From: Nymphaea colorata
Lineage: Eukaryota
Reading direction: 5' to 3'
Assembly (NCBI RefSeq): GCF_008831285.2
Contig: NC_045138.2
Location: 38,874,001 to 38,938,000, forward strand
DNA: 64,000 nucleotides
Made by a program: the position numbers and the translations under genes. Shown here piece by piece: positions 27,691 through 40,999 of the stretch; position 1 is the first letter of the stretch; the number at the start of each line of letters is the position of its first letter. Below the pieces are notes generated by a model that was not told where the DNA came from, searched no databases, and worked only from the letters and a program-made list of their open reading frames with translations.

Positions 27691-29029
27691 TTTACTCGAG
27701 GAGGATAGTTCAAAAAACTAGTCACGAGATTTTCTTTTTTCATTTTAAAATACGTGCTTTGCTCCGTTAAAAATTGCAATGGTTCTTTCAAATCTTTAGA
27801 AAAAGTTTGAGTGAAGAAGAAAAAGAAAGAAACAGGAAGAGGGAGAGATCCAATCACAGGCAGTCGTCAACCTTTTTTTTTAATATCTTTTGATTCGAAA
27901 ATTTTGCATCGTAATACAAGACCAATTTTGTTACATGCGCAAATAAAAATTAATTTTAAAAATTTTATGTTAAAAAACTAAAAGTAAGGAGATACTGGTA
28001 AAACGATGTGGCCACTAAAAGAATATGTTGCAAAAGACGACGAAGACGAAAGAAAAGGTCACTAAGAAATAAAAAAATTTAAGTATAAATTTGAGAGAAT
28101 TTGCCACAATTATTTTGATCCAGTAAAAGTTAAATCTAATAATAGACATCCAATAATGAGAAAAGGACTTTGCCGACACCTTTTCTGACTGCAGTAAAAA
28201 AATCTCAAGGCCAAAATGCGAAAAAGAAAGGAAAACTTACAAACTAAGTCACTTATCTTTTTGGCGAATAACAAATTATGGTTCAAGTTTTATAAACAAT
28301 ATATCGACATTTAATTTTGACGAGAAATTCTCAAAAATGAAAGAATAAATATTTACAAAAATTGCCTCTTTTAATCAAAACTATGTCCTTCTTTTAGAGA
28401 AAACTTTGATTAAGAGGAGCAGTATTACGAGTTACTTTTTTATTTCAATGCATTTCCCATTCCGGGGCAACTCTTTGGAACTTCTTCCAAAAATCGTGTC
28501 ATGATTTGATAATTTAGCTAAAAAGTTAGTTGGCTTTTATAGTTTTCCAAGACAAATACTGGGAAAGGACATGGACTTGTAAAACGTGAATGATTTCCCA
28601 CACAGCCGGGCGTACTGATCTTTTAATTTAATTTTGTTTTATATCTAATTACTTAATAACAAAAAATAAAAGGAAAATTTTACAGGACATGATCAACTTT
28701 TGAAGGCTCAGCAAAAACAAAATTAAGTTTGAAGTTGTTATAATCAATAGAATAGCGTGAACTCAAACTCAAACTCAAACATGTTTATGTTTATACCACC
28801 AAAGTTTGACCATGTTTGATGAATCATTTAATTTAAATCGCCCAATTTACATTCGGTCAATATGCATGATACCCACTACATATATATGGGCGGATTTAAA
28901 CTATTTGAGGAGCATTTAATAATAGAAATACTGTGTTTTTTTCGAAGATAAAGGCCGTTTGGCAGCACTAACATATTGTTATCTGCCCGTGAAAAATTCA
29001 TGAATACTGTAACAAATGTTCCATGATTT

Positions 29030-29385
29030 TAATAAATCAGATCGGATTTGAAATTTAAGAAATGAAATCCAGTCAGATTGGAATTCAAGTTCAAATTTAA
29101 GTAATTTGTGGTTGGATTTGGATTTGGATTTGGATTCAGATTCAAATTAAGTTTAGTTTTAAATTAATGTCTCATACCTAACATCCATACATTTTCAAAG
29201 TTGTATTTTTGGTCAGATGTAAATCAAAAAATCAAATTTAGATCAGATTCGGATTATAAATTAAGATTCTGGATTCAAACAGGGTGTAAATGTTAATTTT
29301 TTTATTTAAATCCTAATTCAAATCCAAATACGTGAACATCCAAAAGAGTGTATTTCAGTTCCCATTTGATCCATTGACATCTCTG
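29030..29385. repeat. GGATTT/GGATTC-rich dispersed repeat (MITE-like)
   Basis: Arrays of GGATTTGGATT and AATCC units. Related segments occur at about 46050-46411 (ending GACGCCCCTA) and about 7080-7230. Confidence 0.5.
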
Positions 29386-30729
29386 GCACGGAAGGAATCG
29401 GTGGAAGCGTTAAGTCACGACATTGCGTTGTCGGGGCTCAATCCGGCCAAGGCAGATGGTGGAGCTCCCTCCCTCGCAGCATTCGCCCGTCAGTAGAGGA
29501 GAGGCAAGTCAACCGATCACCTACTGGGGTACAAGGCAATCTGTTCCTCGGTGGCATCAATCAGGTATTCACATCGGCGTCGGCCATCTTGCTGCATTTT
29601 CCTGTGATGGTTTCCGTCTGGCTAACGCCCTTGTCTACCGATCGATCGTCTCCATTCCCACCGACATCCTGCGGGGTGATATTGGGGTCGACTGAATCAT
29701 CTTCACATTCTTACGTCATTGAGAAGCTTAGGGAGATGTTCTCATGCTTGGAGCAATCTAGTGGTTTGAATTTGCAGTGATCTAGTGGTTTGAATTCTGA
29801 GTTGTTGCTAGATGACTCCCCTAGGAATCCCAACACCCGAAAAATCTCAGTTGCCTACGGAGCCTGCCCCCGGAGACGTTGATCTAAGTTGGAGATCTCG
29901 CATTAAAGTTATTTGCATTAACCTGATTTCTGCATCTCACCGGCAACCACAGTGATGGCCATCATGGGCGACATGCGGACTGCTGATTCACCTCTGAACC
30001 TGAAGAAGCCATAGCTCTCAAAACCGAGACGAATGGCGCCGTGGCGCAGCGAGTGGACCATAATCCAGTATTGAATAATGTGGCACCAGTAATCAAAATG
30101 CAACGATCATGGCATGGATAGCTGTATAATTTGGTTTTCTTTTCGGCTGATCACCACCACCGTTGAGCATAGACCTTATAGTGACCGTGGGATGAACTGG
30201 TTTCTGTCAAATATGTATTTAAATCGGCTTCTCATGCACATATTCTGATCAGCTACAAGCATGTATTTATAAAATCATTAAAAGTTAAGATGAATATGTA
30301 TTTATCTGCTCCAATGGACAATGCTTACAAATATATCCGAATGAGATATTTCACCCTTTGAAATTGCCATACCATTAAAGGCCACTTAACGTTTGATAAA
30401 AACTATATGCAGTACATTTTGTCTTGATATCAAACACACCATGTAGGTAAGATAGAAAAACATGTTAAAATATTCTTAAAACTCCATATGATTTAAAACT
30501 CAATTTCGGAAAATTGACCATGGTGAATCCATTGGTTTGAAAGCCGTGAACTTAAGGATGTGGATACATAGGGAATGATGGAGCCACTGTCTCAGACCAC
30601 GGCTTCTTTTAAGTATTTAAAGTTCGGACCTTCTAGTGCATGTATTCTGCCTGCTCCAACAGGTCCTACACCAATCACCGGATCGAGACTTGCAGCTGAG
30701 GCAACCACAGAGAAGTCACACAACTTTGC

Positions 30730-33725
30730 TCATGGTGACCGGTAGATTTCCAGGGAACTTTCTGCCAAAAGATGCTCACTATCATCATTAGGTTGAGGAC
30801 CAGAAATAGAGGATCCGGTCCACTGCATTTCCATCGAATGGCTGTAGCTCCAACTCTGGCTTCGACTCGGCTTTCTGGTCTGAGAAAATTCTCTAGGCTT
30901 TCTATTTCTTAAGTGGGCAGATGATGCTGGTGCTGGAGGCAGAGGTTCCACGGCTAATCGACCTTCAAGCATGCTCAATGCTATTGACATTGTTGGCCGA
31001 AGAGAAGGGGACGAATTGGTGCAGAGAAGAGCCACATTAAGCATAATCATGGCTTCTTCCTTAGAGTAGTTTGAACCCAATTCGGGATCCACAAGCTCTA
31101 GAAGGTACCCTCTGTCTTGAAGAAGAAATGCCTAAGAAAAACAGCGGTGAATCAGCGGAATGGCAAGGGATAACAAATTCTCAAACTCAAGGAAGAATAG
31201 ACATACCTCGTCTAGAAGGTAATAACCTTCTTCTGCTTGCTTGCTGCTTGCATTAGACTTTCCACTAACAATTTCAAGAGCGACGACTCCAAAGCTGTAA
31301 ACATCTGCCTTGTAAGTTAGATGACCTCGCATCGCATATTCTGGTGCCATATATCCACTGCAGTTGCACAAAAGTGTTTTTCTAAGAAAGAAATTCATAC
31401 CCTGAGAATGCTGTTGCTAGGCACTATTAAGTGTCTGTGCTGCCAATGAAAAAATCGTGGTGTGCCTCTTATGGGCCTCCAAGTGAAGCAGTCTGTCCTG
31501 CTAAACACATTGGACTTCTGTCCTGCTAAGCTACTTGATGTTATGCTACTGATGCTGGCTCAGAAAATTTTTATGGATGTTTCCAATGCAACTTCCATAA
31601 TAGGGGGACATGATGCGGGTGTCAAAGTGAAGAATCTCCGTGGCATAGCATTTAAGAGATTCCGCATATTCAGTTTAAACGTGCCATTAAATTCAAGAGT
31701 GTAACTTACAATGTTCCAGCGATGCGAGTGCTGATATGTGTGTCTTCCTCTTCATCAAGCTTGGCAAGCCCAAAATCTGATATTTTAGCATTCAAATCCT
31801 TGTCAAGCAGAATGTTGGTACATTTTATGTCTCTGTGCACAATCTTCAAAGTGGACTCTTCATGAAGGTAGGCCAAACCTCTAGCTATTCCAATGCAAAT
31901 GTTACGCCGTGTAGGCCAGTCCAGTTTCAGTTTATTGTCTTTGCGACCTGTAAAGTCCAGCCATATATGGAAAGTTGACAGATTTAGATGAATCACATGC
32001 TCATTGATCTGAAAAGAGAAGGACTGGACAAGTGATTAGCTGCCCCCATTAGCAGACTTACCGAACAGTGCATGGGCAAGAGAATTGTTTTCCATGTACT
32101 CATATACAAGTAACAGTTCTCTGCCTTCAGTGCAGCAACCATAAAGCTTTACGAGGTTTGGGTGTTGCAAGCCAGAAATGAGGCCTATCTCTGTGATGAA
32201 TTCACGGCTTCCCTGCTTTGACTTGGCAGAAAGCTGCTTTACTGCGATAACGGTCCCATCTGATAGATGACCCTGCATTAACAATTTCAAGTTACACATT
32301 CATAACTGTGATCATTAAAGTGATCAAACTACTTCTAGGCAAATCCTCCCAAAAGTCAGTGAAGATCAGGAATCCATTGACAGGGGTGGAACATTTGTCC
32401 AAGAATGAATGAGGAACCATTTGGCGTAAAGAACAGTATTGATTAGTTGAAAGAGCTCTATTTATTGGTTAAACTGGTGGCACGTTTCATGAATTTGACA
32501 GACTCATTTAGTCCCATTGAGTATCTGGCTATGTTACACACATGCGGGGTGTGGGTGCCGGTGTGAGTGCAAATGCAGGTGCCTGTGCGGCACACCCCAA
32601 AAAAATTGGATATGAAGGTGCAGCAAGGGTGTGTATATATATATATATATATAATTATATGGTTGTATTTTAGCTTAATTTGTCTTTTTTTTTTTACTTT
32701 TGTTACTGTAAATAAAGAAAGAGGGAGAGAGAGAGAGAGAAGGAAAAAAAAGAAGGAAAACTTTTTTTTAGAGAGAATAACATAGGGTACAGATTGGGTG
32801 CGAGTCGGATCTGCACCAGCACCCGCATCGATGTCGGTGCCGCACTCTTTTTAGAGAGTCAGTGTGACATAGGTATTTGAATGTGAAGCTATTGTAACCT
32901 ATTCACACGAAAATAGTCTTGTTCACGTAAAGGCATGTGCTTAAGTCTTAAGACAGTGAGGAATAAAAATTACCCTGTAAACAGATCCAAAACCTCCTTC
33001 CCCAATCTTGTTAACAGCATCAAAGTTCATTGTGGCTGCTTTAATTTGTCTCAAAGTGAAGGAACCAGTTTGGAGGTCAAGTTTGTCAAGTTCTGCAAAA
33101 GCTGCATGTTTAGGTCAAGAAAATGGTGAGCTACAAAGAAAGTAAAAGGAATGCGAGAGGCTGCAAAATATGCATATGGGGGTCATCATTCCGAGGAGGA
33201 CTATTCGAAAATGTATTATTAGAGCTAATGGCTAAGAAATGCTGAGCTAGTGAATCGGTAGTTGACGTCTCATGCTTCATGTTCACTGAAGTGATGTATG
33301 AAGAAACATAAAAAAATGAAGAACACCAAAAGTTAAGTTTGTGCCGACATTTCAAACTAATTTTAAAAAAGCAAATATAAAGTTTGTACTCTAAATCAAC
33401 AGAAATGAAAAAAAGTCACAAAAGCAGAGTATATTCAAATACTAATTCATTGCACATATTTTGGGTACGAAATCAGAAGCCAAAGACAACAAGGATTGCA
33501 TGATGTAGAATTACCTGGTTCTTCTTGCCTGCGCAGATACCCGACCTTCCATAGAATGCCAACAACCAATAATATCAACAAGAAAAAAGACAGCAAACCA
33601 CTCACTACTGCAATGATAACCTTCATGTCCTTGGGCTTCGAGAACTCTTACATACAGGACAGATACACAAAACAACCATATCAAATAGTTAGAAACTTGC
33701 GAGATCAACATTTAAAAAGATTTAG

Positions 33726-33805
<80 letters not shown>

Positions 33806-34195
33806 CCCAAGCATTCACGATAAGAGACCTTAGTACCTGAATAACAGTGACCCCAGATTGTTATTTACAGGTTGCAGGATTTATGAACAGGGCCTTCACC
33901 TTAAAGAATTCAGAGGGATAGCGTGTAGGTATTTGTGAAATTAATAATTTAGTCACATAAGTTAGTGCTAGAAGTTAATATCTTAGTCGTGTCTCCTGGC
34001 ATCCCTTCATATATCTGCTTGATATGTTAAACCAGATGTTAAGTCAAATGCTGAACCCATGGAACTTAGCACGGCACCACCCTATCGGCCATATCTATAT
34101 AGATTTCTTCTGCCAATAGTATCGATTTATCCTAAGTAACTATAACTCTTCAAAAAGGTTGCTGCACTTGAGTCGCATTGGGCGCAGCTTGAGTG

Positions 34196-34252
<57 letters not shown>

Positions 34253-37200
34253 CGCTGCAGCTGTACCCATGGTTTTTTGAAAAATGTTGCACCAGCACCT
34301 ACACCCACACCTGCATCCGCACCTACACCCGCATGACATGGGATTTACCCACTAAGTAGGAGACACCAGACACAACGTTACGCAGTGACCGAGTCTCTGC
34401 TCATTTTCATTTTTTGTAGGTTATAGCTCATTAAGCTGATGATCGACTTAGGAATTCCATATTTTTATTTAACATGGAAAAGGGGGACATTTTTTACACC
34501 ACCACTCATCTTACTGAGAATGATCATGCTAGCAGAGGTTTTCTCCATCTTATGCATCTTGTCTGTAGATTTGGTTCTCGAAATATGATAAATGCAATAT
34601 GTGAAATGAAGAAAAGAAAGCATCCTGAAGAAGAAAGGCCTACCAGCTTCTACAGAAATGGCTGATACAAGAGGACCATATACTCCTCTTGCTGGAATCC
34701 CTGTAGTGCCCTTTCCATCCCAAAAGAAGTGAATCTCGAGTGTGTTATCCGTTACGTTCACGCTAGTGAAATTTAGAACGATGGCTTTCCCAGACATACC
34801 AGCGGCTTTTTTTATATTGAAATCCTTCTTTTCGAGCTTCCCCTGCATTTCCATGGAAAAGTGTCAAAGTAGCAAAAATTTTCTACATATCTCATCTCTA
34901 GCTCGAGACTTTTACCTGAATATACACATTGAAAATACGGTTCCCCAGACTGCTAAAATTCTTATCATTAGATATAACTATCTCAGCAAAGTAAAGCTTC
35001 ACGGTATAAAGCCCGTTATAGAGGCACAACCCGTAGTATTTGAGCGAGATTGGAGAAATACGAGCGTTTGTGTACAAGTTTGCTTCTGCTTTTGCTTCAG
35101 GCACAAAACTTAGGTTACCCGAAGCAGTGTAGCTATCATCATCATTATCATTGTCCAGGAAAGTCCCTGTGTTGCTCAATGCCCAGCTCGGTTTAGTTGT
35201 GAAGAAAACTGCAGCACCCTTTGTAAAATCCTCTCCCTCAAACACCGTGTTCCCAACAGTAACTGAATCCTTGCTACCACAGTTCACGTGAAAAGAAAGG
35301 TCTGTCAAGAGATACTATGAACATGTCATCTGAATGCATCGAAGCAGATTGGGAAGAATACTTCCAAGTTCGGGTTTAGAAGAAAAACAGGAGAGAGTAA
35401 CCTTACATTTTGGTTTTCTACTTTTGCAGCTTCCCTTCAAGCAAGAATGTATGATGTTGCTGCACCAATATGTAATGCAAAAATGTCAATGCCAGTAGCT
35501 GATCAACTATTTCCTCGTCTAACTTGAGCTTGAAGAAATTCCCATTATTAGAAGTTCAAAAATTTAAGGGAGAATCTTACTCTTTTTCCCACGCCTTCAC
35601 ACTTTTGACTAAATTGCTGAAGAATGTTAATGGTGATATCAGTGAGGAATGCAATGGATGAAAAGAATCTGAAAATCATGAGACTGTATAGGGGCTCTTA
35701 CGCGCTTTCAGGCAAACAACCTTCATCAGGCACGTTTGTGAAGTTATTGTATGAAAAATCCCTGCATGGTAATGCCATTATGAATGTGAGAATCGCCCAG
35801 GCAGAAATGCAAGAAACAGGTCACCTCATTTAGGCCCTTTGCACCTGGGGCTGCAAACTGAAAATACTTGAAGCAGGAGCAGCAGCGCAGTTAAATGCTT
35901 CAGTGTGACCTGATTTTTTATCATCTAGTATAAATAATTATGGTTCGGTAAGTAAAAAAAAAAAAAAAAAAAGCATAATCCTCCAGTTGAAAATGCCTGC
36001 TGCTGAAATTAATCTGCAAGGTTTGGCATGAAGGGTGTACTACTGACAATATGAGTCTTTTTCAGGATAACTACTGCTGAGAGACGAGTCCCCTTTAGAT
36101 TTAGCAATTGCTGCAAACATGTGCTCTTCTGCTTTCATAATTCACACGTATGCTTTCATGACTGTATGCTGTTTGTCTGTGTATGTGTGTGCAAATGGTA
36201 TACCTATTTCAGCATTCAAGTTCACGTGGCGTTCCTGCAAGGAACTACTTTGATTTTCTAATGCAAGCAAATGCATTTCAAGAAAAATAATCACTAGCAA
36301 ATTGGTAATTGTGCTTCAAACTAAAAACTGAAGACAATACAAGATTTATATAAAATTGACTCCTTACATAATGTATGTCAATACTTGCCCATGAACCGAC
36401 CCGGCCCACTCCCACACTTGGCTCAAGCAGATTTCAACCCGACCGTTATCAGTTTCGACTCGAGAATCAAAAAAGCTAATCACCATGACAATAATGGGGT
36501 GTTACAATCCAATCCACCGCTCTTAATGCATATACATCTGCACATATAGGTCCACAGGTCTGAATATTGAACTGCCTTTGATACCACTAAAATGACATTG
36601 CCCACTCCCACATTGGGCTTGAGTTCCTGATTTAGCAAACTCAACCAGCCCCCTACCAACTTCAATTCCAGCCCCAAATGGCTAGGAACTATAATAACCT
36701 ATCTCTTAGCCAACCCCTGTATAAGTCTTCAAAGATTCTTCATAATATTAAATAATAGGGTGTCACAACCCATGAATCAGCATCTGTTCTAACATTTAAC
36801 AAATTTAACTTGAAGAGCAAGGGAATTATAAGTCTAGTAGAGAAAGAAAAGAAGCTTAGGAGGAAATAACACTTTGTCATAATCACAATAACATTTAAGT
36901 CGCAATAAGTTTGCAAGGATAAAGCACATCTAAGTATCTAACAAGGAGAAACATACCAGTTTTTTTGCGACGTTAATGCATTTGTTAGTGTGCCAGTCAG
37001 GCTGTTGTTTGTCAGAAACCTACAGTGAAAGTACTGTTTGTAACATTGTTTACATGCCAGCTGCTAGTTAGGAGAGAAAATTCAAAAACATGCACTTACA
37101 AGAACATTAACTTTGTGCCTCCTAAAGATTTTGGCACCTCACCTGTCAGGTTATTAAAACTCAGGTCACTGCAAGAAAAAAGAAAAGCATAAACAATTAT

Positions 37201-39717
37201 GCAATAAACACTAATGACTATTAGAGAGGAGAATCAACCTAGCATTTTTCAGTTTTAGTCTCTACATATTAATTACTAGCTTACAGTAGTTTCAAGCCTT
37301 TGAGTGCACCAATATTTTCAGGAATTTGACCAGACAGCATACAATTGCGCAATACCCTGCCCATAAGACTATAGTGCATCAGTTCCTTTTCTATGCTGAG
37401 AGAGACAAATTCACAAGAGAAAGACAAAGTGGATAATTAATTCACAGTGTTTTTAAGCCAGTCATTTTGCTTATGTCAGGGAAGTTTGAACTTGTTCCAC
37501 TTATGCCACTAACTACCCTGCAGATCATGAAAAGACAAAAGTTCATGACACTTAGAACTATGACAGATAGCAACAAAGAAGAACATATTAACTTAATCAT
37601 ATAACATACAACTTTGATAGTTTTGTCAAGCTGCTTAGGCCAGGGGGAATGGGCCCCATAAGATTAGTGCCTTGAATTTCTCTGGAAGAACAATGAAGCA
37701 TCAGCAGAAAATTCGTTAAGTACTTTTTTTTATTTTTACCTATTACTAACAAAAGCAATATAACTTACAGGATAGTTAGGTTCACCCACTTCCCAATAAA
37801 TTCAGGAAACTTCCCGGAAAAGGCATTGTCACTTATCCTACTGCAGTGCAGAACAAATTTTCAACCAAGCCATTCCATTAGTAATGTGGTCAAAGTAAAC
37901 GTTTTTTTTTTTTTTGGTGAGAATCTGGTTGAACGCATCAGTTTGATTTATAATGATGCTATCAATTTTTTGTGTTAAAATAAAAAGTCCTGAATTCATT
38001 GGAAACATTTGCTTTATCAAATTTGGTTTACAGAAATATTGTAATCTAAAACAGTAGATCATATACATCCATCACATTTCCAGTAATTATGACTTCTAAC
38101 AACAGCTATTTCTCACTCTTCTACATCTTCATTAACAGACTTTCTTATGAAATTTGACATGGATATGATTCTTGCAATGCAAACTCGCAGCCTTTTTCTT
38201 CAACATTTTTGGAGCTTTTGGAAAAAATGTCTATTTCTGCCATTGATTCTCATAGAAGTGGAGGACCCTTTCCAAATTCCAACCAAATTTCCTGTAGCTA
38301 CTTTGCCCAGACAAGCAAACAAGTTAAACGTCCCATGTGTGAACTTCGATCATCATATTCAAAACAAAGTAGCAACTTTGATTAAGAATAATTCTAGCTA
38401 CATAGATTACTGAAGCCAGGCAGTATAAGCTATGTTCGTTCAGTTCATTCACAAAGAATACATAATGAAACTGGAATGAGACCAAAACTGTCCTTCTAAC
38501 TGATACTTGATAGAAAGGAAAATTGGCTTACAAATCAGTCATATTTGTCAAGCTTTTCAATGTTTGTGGCAATTCTCCACTAAAATTATTTGATGAAAGG
38601 ACCCTGCATTCAAATTTAAGAAACAAAAGTTGATTTTAGATAAGGTGAACCAAAGTTACCAAATGAGATATGTCAAATCTTACAGCCTCTCCAAATGGAT
38701 CAAATTTCCAATTTGTGGGGGAATATTTCCAGATAACTGGTTCCCTTCAAGTGATCTGCAGTTTCAATTTTCAAAGAACACCAAGTCAACATGGCTGAAG
38801 CATATCGTGAACCAATGCATTTAGACTCTTGGAAGCAGTTTTAACTTACATATTCTTGAGGGTCATGATGCTCCCAAGTTCCTTTGGAATAGGACCAGAT
38901 AAGCGGTTCCCCATGAGAGATCTGCAAAGGTTAGCGGACATCGTAAGTGGCAATGTACCCAACCGCAGGATTAAGGAGGGAAGATCGAAAGGTTACATAT
39001 TGCCTTTTAACAAAATGACTCCTAGAATGGGATCATGACAAAAGCCTTTTGAATACTGAGAACCTTCACCATGCAAGCATGACAAGTTCATGTTGGCAAG
39101 CAGCTACAACGACGTTCAGACCCAAGATTAGCTGTCTATCTGGTAATGCTGATCCCTTAGGTTGGACACCAGGCATTTGCTAGTAAAAATGCAAATTTAG
39201 GACTTGATTTCCTGAAGAGGAAGAACCATATTAAGTCTTCAGCATTACTGAAACCAGCAATGGCAGAAAAAGAGATCCAAGTCACAGCAGATCACGACTT
39301 TGAACTTTTCATTAGACTTGCAGTCTACTAACAAACTGGTGATGGGTGCAAAAGACATCAAGGCATGACTAACACAGCACATGCGTAGGGGGTGTTTGAT
39401 AGGTGGAGACATTCTTTTTCTGTCAATTAATCCGCTAAGAAAGGGGAAAATGTCTGTCGACAGTTATAAAAAAAGGAATGAGAAAGGAAAAATATCTTAT
39501 AGACTGCAGGTGCCATTTTATTCTGCTACAATTTTTAAGCAAAATAAACTGCAAAAGCACCAAAAGGAAATAAAAGGGACCATTACGACATACATATTGA
39601 CGATTCGGAGCGCAGCCCATTCCTTTGGTATTGTTCCACTCAAGTAGTTGCGAGTGAGATCACTGATAGCACAGAAGAATCGGTAAAATTAACTAAATGT
39701 AGAACAGTAGAAGGATG

Positions 39718-39766
<49 letters not shown>

Positions 39767-40963
39767 TTTACAGTTGGCCAAGATGTTGCAATTTAGTCAG
39801 GTTCTTCGGAAGTATTCCGGCGAGGCCTTGAGATTGGAGCAGTCTGCAACCACCAATTCATACTCTTTCGATCATGTGGCCATTTCAGAAGTTTTTTTTT
39901 GGAAGCTACATTGATAGCCTATTCTTCTTCGAAAAGTGCGGGAAGCAAGAATTTTTGAGGAAAAAAAAAGGACGAACGTTAAGCTGTGCTTTCCGTTCAG
40001 TTCAAGGACACACGAAAAGCACCCCTCCCCAACAATGAGTGAATTCATGCCTACTATCTGTTTAAGCAATTCAAACTGGTCCTTGAATAAATAAGAAAAA
40101 CAGTTTTCTTTCCAACAAAATTATCAAAATTTCCTTCAAAAGAGATCTTATATCCAATAACAATAATCTAATATAGAATGCAATATCAGTTTTTTCTTCA
40201 AGTACATATGGGTATTTTGTTCGAGTATATAACTGCAGTAACAAATATCAAGGATCGATTTACCAATCGTAATCACATCGCATAGCAATAATTTGGTTGG
40301 TCATTTAGGAAAACCCATTAAATGTAATAGCATAGCAATAATTTTTTAGTATTAACAAGGCAAAGTTATCTAAAACCCATCAAATGTTTTTTTTTTTTTT
40401 CTTCTGGGTACCTTCTCAAGAGCACTTAATGAGCTGACACCTTCATACAAAACGCCTGCGTGAGACTAACCACTATATGACAAAAATCCCCTTTAAACAT
40501 TTTGTTCAATACCTGCAATGGTTATTAAGTTTAATGCCAATTATACACATATTTAAATGTTTATTAGCACTTCTTCACTTTTTCTATAAACCGAGTCCAT
40601 CGGGGAGCCACACTTTTATAGAAAACTAATTGACAAACACGGACAAGTTACGTCAAGAGATGGAGCTTTCAATTTAATACGCTTTTCAACCCTCTCTTAC
40701 CATTTCTTAACAACATGTAATGGTTTAATGTTAATTACAAACATATCTAAATGCACAAGGAAAGCGTGTGACAAACAAAAAATCTAATGGACAAGACGCC
40801 AGTTAGTTAAATATATGTACAGGCACTGTTACTTTAAAAATTTCGAAGTTTAAGGAACACTCATATGTAAAAAGCAAAACTTAAGGAAGTATCTATGTGT
40901 AAATAAAATAAATTCTGTAGGTTGGTGAAGGCAATGGCCGACAGCAGCCACATATTGGCTCCG

Positions 40964-40999
<36 letters not shown>

